From: Octopus vulgaris
Lineage: Eukaryota
Reading direction: 5' to 3'
NCBI GenBank assembly: GCA_951406725.2
Contig: OX597814.1
Coordinates: forward strand, 202,306,001-202,370,000
Length of the DNA: 64,000 bases
Part shown: piece by piece, positions 1 to 10,985 of the stretch
How the letters are laid out: the number at the start of each line of letters is the position of its first letter
Position numbering within the stretch: position 1 is the first letter of the stretch
Program-made: the position numbers and the translations under genes
The notes under the pieces: generated by a model
Seen by the model: only the letters and a program-made list of their open reading frames with translations
Database searches by the model: none
Told to the model about the DNA's origin: nothing

Positions 1-185
1 GATAGTTATGGTGGTGGTGGTGATAGTTGTGGTGGTGGTGATAGTTATGGTGGTGGTAGTTGTGGTGGTAGTGGTAGTGGTGGTGATAGTTGTGGTGGTG
101 GTAGTGGTAGTGGTGGCGATAGTTGTGGTGGTGATGGTGATAGTTGTGGTGGTGATAGTTGTGGTGGTGGTGGTGGTGGTGGTGG
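1..185. repeat. Degenerate (GTG/GTA/GAT)n trinucleotide microsatellite
   Basis: Visible run of gtg with gta/gat interruptions; the poly-Val ORF is a by-product. Confidence 0.95.
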
Positions 186-620
186 GTAGAAGTAGAGATG
201 ATAATTTGTCATTATGAGTCAACAAAGCAATAACGCTCTGCTGGTCACCGTTTTCTCTATTTATTGCAAGTTATTAAGGTGAGTGAGGAAGGACTGAGTC
301 AGTGAGGCAGGTGTGTTATCAATACCGACAATCGGCTGAACAATCGGCATGAGGGATGGGACGAACTAGATTGAAGAATGACTTAAATTTCAACTGCTTG
401 CTTTGCTAAAACCGCTTCGAGATAACGAGTTCCCGTAATGTCCTGTAATGTTGTAATACTAATTTTTGCTGATAAGTAATTTATGAAATGATGTTATCAA
501 GAGATTCCCGAATAACGCAAAATTAGGTTTCCTCTAAAATGGTTTGAAGTCTTCATCATCTTAATTGTTGTCGCCAACGGCAAATTTATTCAGTACTCCC
601 TCTTTTAACACTTGTTATAC

Positions 621-1039
621 CTATTTCTTTACTACCCACAAGGGGCCAAACAAAGAGAGGACAAACAAGGACAGACAAACGGATTAAGTCGATTATATCG
701 ATCCCAGTGCGTAACTGGTGCTTAATTTATCGACCCCGAAAGGATGAAAGGCAAAGTCGACCTCGGCGGAGTTTGAACTCAGAACGTAGCGGCAGACGAA
801 ATACCTATTTCTTTACTGTCCACAAGGGGCTAAACACAGAGGGGGCAAACAAGGACAGACAAAAGGATTAAGTCGATTATATCGAACCCCAGTGCGTAAC
901 TGGTACTTATTTAATCGACCCCGAAAGGATGAAAGGTAAAGTCGACCTCGGCTGAATTTGAACTCAGAACGTAGCGGCAGACGAAATACCGCGAAGCATT
1001 TCGCCCTGCGTGCTAACTTTTCTGCCAGCTCGCCGCCTT
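621..1039 (-). mobile_element. tRNA-derived SINE (head aaggcggcgagctggcag) with ~184-bp internal tandem duplication and probable 16-bp TSD
   Basis: Reverse complement has A-box-like and B-box-like (gagttcaaattc) motifs. The unit tacctatttctttact...cagacgaaa occurs at 618 and 802. Direct repeat taacacttgttatacc at 606-621 and 1046-1061. Confidence 0.85.
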
Positions 1040-1668
1040 TTGGTATAACACTTGTTATACCGCTCCGACTTCCAGCCAGTTTCTGACTTTGTCTTGTGTG
1101 ATATTTGTTTCGCCCAGTGTTTTTTTGTAAACGATGAAATTCCCTTCCTTCAAGTCTTGTCTAGAATGGTAATTGTCAGTGCATTTCACGAAGCTGTTAA
1201 ACTGACTTCTGCAGACCTGAAGTCGTAGTCTTTGACGTTACAGAATCTTCTTTGTCTCGGTGCTTCCTTCTTATGACCGCTTTCTTCTTTTACCAACAGA
1301 ACTTCGTCAAAATATATTCGTTCATATAATTTCTCACAGTCTATTTTACCACAATCCATTTCCTGGCGCATAGAGAGAACATTGGACAGCAAACGCATGC
1401 ATTTTATATTTACCATCGTTACTGATAAAACGGTCACCGTCAGACTAAGTACAAGCATACCTTGACCAAAATTAATTGTGCATTCTCAGGTGTCAATATC
1501 TTCTACTTATCTTTGGATTGAGCCATACCTTGTGATGGGAATTTGATCAATAGAATCTGAGACTGTGTCCATCGTTCTCGTACATACACTAACACATACA
1601 TACATACATACATACATACATACATACATACATACATACATACATACATACATACATGAATGCATACA

Positions 1669-1719
<51 letters not shown>

Positions 1720-1776
1720 TTGTTAGAGAGACTTAGTAATTTTAATATTTCTATTATATATATATATATATACATA

Positions 1777-1974
1777 CTTTATTCAAAAGCAGCAGAAAAT
1801 TCAACAAAACCTGTTACTCTGAGTTTCACGTTCCCGTTCGTCGGACGGGAACGTGAAACTCAGAGTAACAGGTTTTGTTGAATTTTCTGCTGCTTTTGAA
1901 TAAAGCATGTTACTCTACCACTGGTATTTGAGTACTCTTTTTTCCACCTTGTTTCACATTTACGTGTTTACTCC

Positions 1975-1976
<2 letters not shown>
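1777..1976. mobile_element. Penelope-like element (PLE) terminal remnant: 61-bp perfect inverted repeat between (TA)n tracts
   Basis: Arms 1777-1837 and 1845-1905 are exact reverse complements. Minus strand reads ccgacga-acgggaacgt-gaaactcagagta, which is hammerhead-like. Confidence 0.65.
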
Positions 1977-2042
<66 letters not shown>

Positions 2043-2502
2043 TTCATATGTATGTATATATTAATAGTCTGTATCAGAGTGAGTGCGTATATACATATGC
2101 ATGTATAGGAGTGTACGTAGCTGAAACTCTCGGCCCTTGAGTCACTCTATTGCTTGTACTAGATATTAATACATACATACATACATACATACACATTCAT
2201 GTAGGTATATATTTGTTTGTATATGTGTGTAAATGTGTAAGTATTTACATATGTGTGTAAATGTGTATGTGTTTATATATGTGTGTATGTACGTATACAT
2301 GTGTGCATGCATGTATGTATGTATGTATGTTTGTAAACGTATGTATGCATGTATGTGTGTATGAATTTCGTGTTTGTTTTGCAGAGTTAATCTTGGTGTG
2401 ACGACGTTTCCTGTAACAGATATTGTTGTCCATTACGAGGGCAACTCTCCCAACAAAACACACACACACACAAACACACACATACACACACACACACACA
2501 AA

Positions 2503-2539
<37 letters not shown>

Positions 2540-2802
2540 CCTGTTCTCGCTTCACTTTTATTATCAATTAACCAATCACTTAATTGACGGCAACACTGAT
2601 TTGAACAACAATAACAGTTCGTATTTTAATGGCGGAATGACAATAATGAAGCACACCGCTGTATATGATTACGTAGATATAGGGGCATACGCATGCACAC
2701 ACCTATGTACACACACACCTACACACACACGCACATGAATATACATAAATACATATCTGTATGTATGTATATATGTACATATATATATGCGTGTGTGTGT
2801 GC

Positions 2803-2844
<42 letters not shown>

Positions 2845-3219
2845 TAAGGGTGAGAGAATTAGATACTAATTTAATAGTATATTTATTCAATTTGAATTAT
2901 AACGTCGGATGTAATCAATTGAACCACACGCGTATTTATCGTTATGGTAAAATCTGGCGTGTGATTGAGTGGATTTCATCCAGATAGTCTTGGCTGACGA
3001 GCTACAAATGGATTTTTTTTGTAAGTAAAATTACATTTAATTCATTAATAGCGAAACAATTGTCCCAAAATAATCTGTATTTTTGTTATTTTTTATTTGC
3101 CCTGTCCGTGTGAGCTAACAATCGTACTGACTTTCATGGTAAGCATGTATTTTCGTGGTTGAAACCTTTTGGATTAACTGGTGCTAGAGTGAGCAATATA
3201 GTGACCACTCTCTTATATT

Positions 3220-3261
<42 letters not shown>

Positions 3262-3584
3262 CTACAAAATTAGAGAATGGAGAAACATACTTAAATCAGT
3301 AAAACATCAACTATCCGATGATACTCAATCCATACTTTAATACACCATTACATATGAGTAAAGGCAATATATAAAATGAAATGAGATATACAGTAATAGT
3401 AAAAAGATAAAGAGATATAAGTAAAAAATTTCAAATATAATATGCAAATAAATCAAAACTGACAGCTGAATTTTCAACCCCTATCTCATTTTATAACCTA
3501 TATATATATATATATATATATAAAATAATATGTTACATTTACTCAATAGACAAGATAAAACTCTGAGTTTAAATATATGCATAA

Positions 3585-3642
<58 letters not shown>

Positions 3643-3737
3643 ATATACATATACATACATGCATACATACATACATGCATACATACATGCATACATACAT
3701 ACAAAAATACACGCATACGTACACATACGATAATAAT

Positions 3738-3994
3738 AATAAGAAGAAGAAGAAGAAGAAGAAAGAAGAAGAAGAAGAAGAAGAAGAAGAAGAAGAAGAA
3801 GAAGAAGAAGAAGAAGAAGAAGAAGAAGAAGAAGAAGAAGAAGAAGAAGAAGAAGAAGAAGAAGAAGAAGAAGAAGAAGAAGAAGAAGAAGAAGAAGAAG
3901 AAGAAGAAGAAAGAAGAAGAAAGAAGAAGAAGAAGAAGAAGAAGAAGAAGAAGAAGAAGAAGAAGAAGAAGAAGAAGAAGAAGAAGAAGAAGAA
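3738..3994. repeat. Long (GAA)n microsatellite
   Basis: About 250 bp of near-perfect gaa repeats. Confidence 0.97.
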
Positions 3995-4179
3995 TTGAGG
4001 AGGAGGAGGGGCGAAAAAGTTGCATATAATGAAAGGATGAAAATATATTTTTCGAAATATATAGAAAGTATATAAGGTGTTCAATAAGAAGAAAGGATTG
4101 GAAACAGGAAAGAAGCGGGGTTGTGGGGAAGTATGATACAGGAGGACTAACGACAGCAACAATAACAACAACAACAACA

Positions 4180-4222
<43 letters not shown>

Positions 4223-4224
<2 letters not shown>

Positions 4225-4777
4225 TCCCTGATGCAGTACCAGGCAGTGGCTCTCATGGCTTCTGATCTTAACTGATTGGAAGTGTTATCATGTACATTGT
4301 TTTGTCTTGGTATAAAAGATGGGCTAACAGCAAATATTCTGCTCAATACCACAGATTTGCTTGTCAGTTGTTTGACCTTAACCAGTTGAGCATGTCCCTT
4401 AGTGGCTGACGATATGTGCATCTCTGATCATGAGCAGAAGTAATGGGGGGAGCATCATAACCATATGTTGAGAGGGATTCTTTGGGGTTTGAATAATTCA
4501 CCTCTGGAAACATGGGTGGTTCGTTCAACATTCTTAAACTTTATTCAGGGACCTTTTGAGCGGGATGGGTTATTCGACCAGAAGAAAATTCTAACTGGGC
4601 CCCATCTGCAAAGTCATGCTCTGTTTATCTTGATTTGAGATCGCCATGTCGCGCACACATGGTTATGATGCATGTGTCTGGTGTACCCTTATCAGACGGG
4701 TAGTCATGATGGGTATAATGGGCTTCGTATATTTTACCCCAGTGTCAGTTGGATGGCATGCACTGCTCTCTCACACA
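4223..4777 (+). mobile_element. Non-coding retroposon-like repeat X, copy 1, with (TAA)n tail and (TAA)n flank
   Basis: High similarity to 5404-5883; both end ...ctgctctctcac followed by (aat)n. Confidence 0.75.
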
Positions 4778-4799
4778 GTAATGATAATAATAATAATAA

Positions 4800-5311
4800 A
4801 AGATGGTATAGGCACGCGGCAGAAAAGGTCACAGAAAACAAGAAAGCAACCATACTCTGGGATATGCCAATTCACACAGATAGAGAATTTAAGCCCAATA
4901 GGCCAGATATAGTTGTCAGAGATCATGAAGACAAAAAAAAGTTTTCTGATTGATGTATCAATACCAGCAGATGACAACGTTTCTCTAAAGAAATGGAGAA
5001 ACTCTCAAAATACAAAGACCTGGAAATAGAGGTAAATCGAATGTTGAGTCTAAAAACAGAAACAATTCCTATCATTGTAGGTGCATTAGGCATGATAAAG
5101 AAATATTCAGAAAAATACATAACAAAAACACCAGGACTTACAAATATATATAACATACAGAAAATTTCACTATTGGGCACTGCACACATCCTACGCAAAA
5201 CACTTTCAATACAGTAACCATAAGGGCATTACAGCAAACCACAGCACATACCCAAGGTACACAGAACTGCGCTCTGTAGTGAAGAGAAAGCACGCTATAA
5301 AAATAAAACTA

Positions 5312-5314
<3 letters not shown>
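4800..5314 (+). mobile_element. 5'-truncated R4/Dong-like non-LTR retrotransposon 3' end (restriction-like endonuclease, frameshifted)
   Basis: Translates across frameshifts to ILWDMPIHTDREFKPNRPDIVV..LIDVSIPADDN..EKLSKYKDL..IPIIVGALG (PD..D RLE signature). Followed by a short 3'UTR and (AAT)n 5315-5403; preceded by (TAA)n. Confidence 0.85.
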
Positions 5315-5361
<47 letters not shown>

Positions 5362-5403
5362 TAATAATAACAATAATAATAACAATAATAATAATAATAA
5401 TAA

Positions 5404-5883
5404 GTTTTGTCTTGGTATAAAAGATGGGCTACAGCAAATATTCTGCTCAATACCACAAATTTGCTAGTCAGTTGTTTGACCTTAACCAGTTGAGCATGTC
5501 CCTTAGTGGCTGACAATACGTGCATCTCTGATCACGAGCAGAAGTAGTGGGGGAGCATCATGGCCATGTGTTGAGAGGGATTCTTTGGAGTTTGAATAAT
5601 TCACCTCTGGAAACATAGGTGTTTCGTTCAACATCCTAAAGCAACCCTTATTCAGGGACCTTTTGAGCAGGATGGGCTACTCAACCTGAAGAAAATTCTA
5701 ACTGGGCCCCACCTGCAAGGTCATGTGCTGTTTATTTTGATATGAGATTACCATGTCGCGCACATATGGTTGTGATGCATGTGCCTGGTGTACCTTTATC
5801 AGACGGGTAGTCATGATGGGTATATTGGGCTTCGTATATTTTACCCCAGTGTCACTTTGATGGCATGAACTGCTCTCTCACTC
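5404..5883 (+). mobile_element. Repeat X, copy 2 (about 75 bp shorter at the 5' end), (TAA)n tail
   Basis: Aligns by eye with ~4298-4777. Confidence 0.75.
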
Positions 5884-6152
5884 AATAATAATAATAATAA
5901 TAATAGTGAAGAACAGTAATTTAATTACAATGACATGGTCCACAGCATTCGTCAGGGCAGTAAGATGGATGACTCAGAGATTATTGTTCTAAATGAGATA
6001 AGCATACAACTGATACGAGGTTTTATCTTCAAACCGCAGCATGCGTAAAAAAATACCGCTTGTTCACGTACGGCTGACGGTTTTATCTATTAATTAATTT
6101 ATTTATTATTAATTATCTTAGCGGATGAGTTTATTAATAGTTTCTAGACTCT

Positions 6153-7142
6153 CAGTGGATTCCGCCAATGCGCCAACAGCTAATTAGCGAAACTAACTTT
6201 TCGTTTAGCAGATTAGCGTTTTTGCTAACTTTGGAAATTGTTAGCGGACCAGTTAACTTCCGCTAAATTTAGTTCCGTTAACTTTAGTCTGCTAACAAAA
6301 TTCATACGTTTGTTCCTGTCTGTTGGGGGCTTGTCTTGAAGAGTTTGTCAGGCACCCTATTGGCTGACTACGTGTACACACGACAAGACGCGATTGGTCG
6401 ACGCAGTAGCATTTAGCTGAGCAGCATTGTGTGATTCTGCAGGTTTGAGATGAGTTCACTTGCGACGTTGTCACATTACAGACAGTTTTGCAGTGTCAGC
6501 GACAGCAGTGTGCGTTATCCGTTTATTAAGTTATCGCCTATCGCTAAGGAAGGTGAAGATGTTTTTGTTAGACCTGAGGATTGCGGAGTCTGCAACGGGT
6601 GTGGGTGAGGCATAGGTCACTCAGGTTGAGAGCCAGGAGCCTCAGAACCCGTGTCCTCACATAGAGGACTACTTTATCCTTACGTCAAGCGATAAGAGGA
6701 AAGCCAAACCCAAGGAGACTACCTTCGAGGGAGAAGCGGCAAGCCCCTACAACTTGAAGTCGTATGTCAAGACGAAACACCCAGCGCATGCCATCCAGTT
6801 TGAAGAGAGGATCAATACCGGTTCTTCCCGTGGGAAACACAGACAATCTTCTGGTAGCAGTGCCAGCAGCCAGTCGTCGCAGCCATGTGCAAAGAAAGCG
6901 CGTCAGCCCAGCATCGGTGAGGCGTTTGTCCAAACTGCTGGCACTGGCGTCCATCAGTCTCTGGTGGACAGAAGGATTGTAGACCTGTTTGTCGACAACA
7001 TGCTACCGATGTATGTAGTGGAATCCCCCACCCTTGGTCGACCTGATCAAGACGCTGAACTCCAGCAAGACGCCAATATCCCGTCACACCCTGGGCAGGA
7101 TGATCTTGGCCAGTCATAAATCGCTGGAGGAGTATCTTACAA
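6153..7142 (+). mobile_element. hAT-superfamily DNA transposon left end with degenerate transposase N-terminus
   Basis: Clustered subterminal gctaa/ttagc motifs at 6175-6296. Translation NLKSYVKTKHP (BED-finger tail) ... VDRRIVDLFVDNMLPMYVVESP ... ISRHTL resembles the hAT N-terminal DNA-binding region. Frameshifted and truncated. Confidence 0.65.
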
Positions 7143-7339
7143 GGTTTTTATAAATTAAAGTAATACAAGATTATTAAATTACTATTATGACTCTCTTCAT
7201 ATTTTCTTAATTCAATTTAATTATTTATTAAATAATTATTTTCTTAATTGATGTGATAAATTGTATAAAAAGTAATTAAAATAAATGTCATAGTATATAA
7301 TATACGGTATATATATATATATATATAACTGCATCTCAC

Positions 7340-7371
<32 letters not shown>

Positions 7372-7404
7372 TAAGAAAGTTGGTTTGTGAAAGCACGTGG
7401 GTGA

Positions 7405-8216
7405 ATATATAGAAAATAGTAAAGAGTGAAAAAACTACAGAAGGCTTAAATGTTAAAAAATATATATATTTGCGTCAATATGTCTGGAGAATATTAGAAA
7501 ATGTTTTAAATGTTTTAACCTGCTAGAAGGATCAGAATTCCTCTTTAAAGAGGGACAGAAATTCAAGATCAAATCTAACTTCACTTGTGCCTCTGAAAAC
7601 ATAATTTATGTCATAAAATGCTCGGGCTGCCACCAAGACTACGTGGGTTCCACGGGACTATCACTCAGACGTAGATGCACACTGCATCGACAACAGATTG
7701 CATTCCCAGAATATAGAATGATACCTTTTAGTGAGCACATTGAGAAATGCGCAAAGCAACTACTACCACAATTTTTAATCTTTCCATTGTACCAATGTGC
7801 TTTCGGATCATCAACACAAATTAGACTAAACAAGGAAACATTCTTCATTGAAAAGTACAAGCCCAGACTCAACCATCCGAACATACTGATACAGAGAAAT
7901 TTACACCAAGGGAAAGGAAAAATTTTTTAAGCGATTATCTCCCTTACACCGGAAGAAATCACTCACTACCTCCCCTTATTTAGAACTCTCCTGAACATAA
8001 ACATAACGATAACTCTATTCAACATAAACATAACGTCACAAGAAATTTGAAAAGCTACACGCGAAACCGGTCTTTCTTTTAAATTATGTCATTATAAGAG
8101 AAAAAATTTTTTTTTTAAATTTTCTAATATTCTCCAGACATATTGACGCAAATATATATATTTTTTAACATTTAAGCCTTCTGTAGTTTTTTCACTCTTT
8201 ACTATTTTCTATATAT
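7405..8216 (+). mobile_element. Penelope-like retroelement 3' fragment with inverted terminal arms
   Basis: About 97-bp inverted arms (7405-7501 and 8120-8216) enclose a GIY-YIG coding fragment and a hammerhead-like motif at 8040-8078. Confidence 0.85.
7517..7930 (+). pseudogene. GIY-YIG endonuclease domain fragment (Penelope-type)
   Basis: Open frame FTCASENIIYVIKCSGCHQDYVGSTGLSLRRRCTLHRQQI...RLNKETFFIEKYKPRLN: IIY...YVG motif with CxxC and conserved R, E and N. No 5' start. Confidence 0.85.
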
Positions 8217-8822
8217 ATATATATATTCCACTCATGATTAAGTCTGCACAGCCAAAAGAGCAGTTTTTAATGAAATAACGAATAAACGAACCTTAAGTTC
8301 TGAACTTATCAAATTCCATTCCTCATCTCGGTTATTCATCTCCACCCAACGCGTCACCTGTCAAGGTAGTGTCACTATTTTCAAAAGTTTAATAACAAGG
8401 CTTTAAAATATAAGCAATATTTCCATGAATTTAGAACAGCCTAGAAACAAATGTTAAACTACAATCTGTGTGATTTCTGTAAACAAAATATGGTTATAAG
8501 ATATTGCGGACCAAATGTCCGACCTCTTTCCTACCCGCGAAAAATTGTACAAACCACGTGCTCACAAAAATCAGTTTTAGTCAGCCTTCATCATACTCTG
8601 CGTCAGTTTAAATATAGTGACGGTGAATTATTTTCCAGTTGGTTTTAAATTGCTACGAGCCACTTTGATTATTTTATAATGTGTCCTTATGATTGATATA
8701 ATTTTAATTCCATAGCTACATAATGTTATTTAGGCCTGCAACCACTGGTATCAATATTGTTGTTGTTATCAACTATTTGTATTGCCTTTGATAATAATAA
8801 CAATATTAATATATATATATAT

Positions 8823-9190
8823 ATAATCAAAATAAGCAACAAGGATATCCAAAGGTAGTGTAGTACAATCGTTTCATGTTAATTCATTTAATTAAACAAT
8901 ATAAGTATTACATCTTCAGCCACATATGGAATTTTTAAAATTAAATTGACAATGTTCATTTTTATACTTATTCCATTTGCCAACATTACATTTTAAAACT
9001 GATGTAATACTTACATTGTTTAATTAAATGAAGTAGCATGAAACGATTGTACTACACTACCTTTGGATATCCTTGTTGCTTATTTTGATTATAATCACCC
9101 CATTTGATTTATATGGATAATACCATAACAAATTCAGGTGCCTTTAACTTAAGTACCATATTCATCTGAATCTAAATTTTTGCTGAACTT
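8823..9190. mobile_element. PLE-like remnant with ~92-bp inverted arms in (TA)n
   Basis: Arms 8823-8914 and 9001-9092. Minus-strand hammerhead-like motif tgtgg-ctgaaga...gaaacgattgta-ctaca at 8859-8924. Confidence 0.65.
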
Positions 9191-10020
9191 ATATATATAT
9201 ATATATATTCGCTTCTGAATATTTTTGCTGCTGATTAGTATTTTTCACACTGAGGCTGTCTGCATTTTGGCGCTAAGAAATTGAGGACGCCAGCAAATTT
9301 CAACGCAGCATATTAGGAAGGCATTTCAAAGAGTTCAGATGTGCTGAAGAAGGAAAGATTTTTGTATCAAACCAAAAACCGGTCCACATATATACCTGTA
9401 CTATTAAATATATAGCTTTATGCTATATAGGTGTGTGAGAGATTTTTTTCGATCCACTTGATCGTATACTGTTGATCCTTTTATATTCAGTATAAATGTT
9501 TTGGTGGTCCAAATGAGGGTTTTAACTCTCATTTCTAGCGGGCAGACACTTTAATGTGTCCTTATAACTAATATAATTTTAATTCCATAGCCATAAAATG
9601 CTGATTTAGGCCTGCAACCACCTGTATTAATATTGTTTTGTGGTTATCAACTATCTGTATTGCCTTCGATAATAATATATCTTTTAAATATTCGCTTTTG
9701 AATATTTTTGCTGTGTGTATATGCGGAGTAGATAAAACAGGGGACAACTGATGGAGGGAATGTTCTTTATGTTGCATGTCTCGTTTCTCTGTTTGTTTGT
9801 TTCTTTTGTTGTTCGAAAAGAAGTTCGTTTTTTATGTTTTTGTTTTTTATGTTCTCGTTCTCATTTTGTTCTCGTTTTCTTATGCCCTGTACCTATAGAT
9901 GCATCTATATATACATATATATGTAGGTATGTACATATATGTATATATGCATATATTTATATATTATTTATATCATTATATGATCGAACGCCACGCATCC
10001 TTTCCCAAGTAAGTTTCATT

Positions 10021-10102
<82 letters not shown>

Positions 10103-10142
10103 GATACACACACACACATATATATATATGTATGTATGCATG

Positions 10143-10179
<37 letters not shown>

Positions 10180-10185
<6 letters not shown>

Positions 10186-10405
10186 TTGTATGTCTCTGTG
10201 TCTGTTTGTCTGTCTATCTGTGTTTGTTCCCCCATCACCGCTTGACAACCGGATGTTGGTGGTGTGTTTATGTCCCCGTAATTTAGCGGTTCTGTAAAAG
10301 TCACCGATAGAATAAGTATTAGGTTTAGAAATAAGTCCTGTGGTCGGTTTGTTCGGCTAAAAACCGTTGGCCGCAGTTAAATGGCTGAAACAACGAATAA
10401 AAGAA
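10180..10405 (+). mobile_element. 3' half of microsatellite-containing SINE (cgcttgacaaccg...tgactgaaac family)
   Basis: Same body as copies at 47843, 48940, 50262, 50612, 56081 and 62857. Confidence 0.75.
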
Positions 10406-10519
10406 TGCCATGGTCACATCCAGCATGTTCATGCGAACTCGTATCAGTGACGTCGATGTGAAGACTTTTGATGATGACGATGCTGCTGTTGCTGTTGAGC
10501 GAACGGTCTTCGTCCCATA

Positions 10520-10865
10520 GCTCGCAAGATGGGAGAAGTTCGAAACGTGGTCCTTTGCTATTCGTAAGACCCGCAGAAGAGAAAGCAGGTCAATCCCCAA
10601 CACCGAGAGCATCGACGGATGGATGAATGCGCATCCAGGCTCAACGGTTGCGTAGGAAGTCGGAGACAAGAAACAGGAAGAAAGAGTGAGAGAAAGTTGG
10701 AGCGAAAGAGTACAACAGGGGTCGCTACCACCCCCCCTGCCGGACCTTCGTGGAGCTTTAGATGTTTTCGCTCAATAAACACACACAACGCCCGGTCTGG
10801 GAATTGAAACTGCGATCCTCCAACCGCAAGTTCGCTGCCCTAACCATTGGGCCATTGCGCCTCCA
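10520..10865 (-). mobile_element. tRNA-derived SINE (head ggaggcgcaatggcccaatggttaggg)
   Basis: A/B-box-like head; first ~170 nt shared with 51047-51345. Confidence 0.8.
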
Positions 10866-10906
10866 CCGACAATGCTGCTAAATTGATGACGATGACAATG
10901 ATGATA

Positions 10907-10985
<79 letters not shown>

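Noticed and set aside
1186-1458. 90-aa minus-strand ORF of ordinary complexity
   Set aside because: No recognisable motif or supported exon structure.
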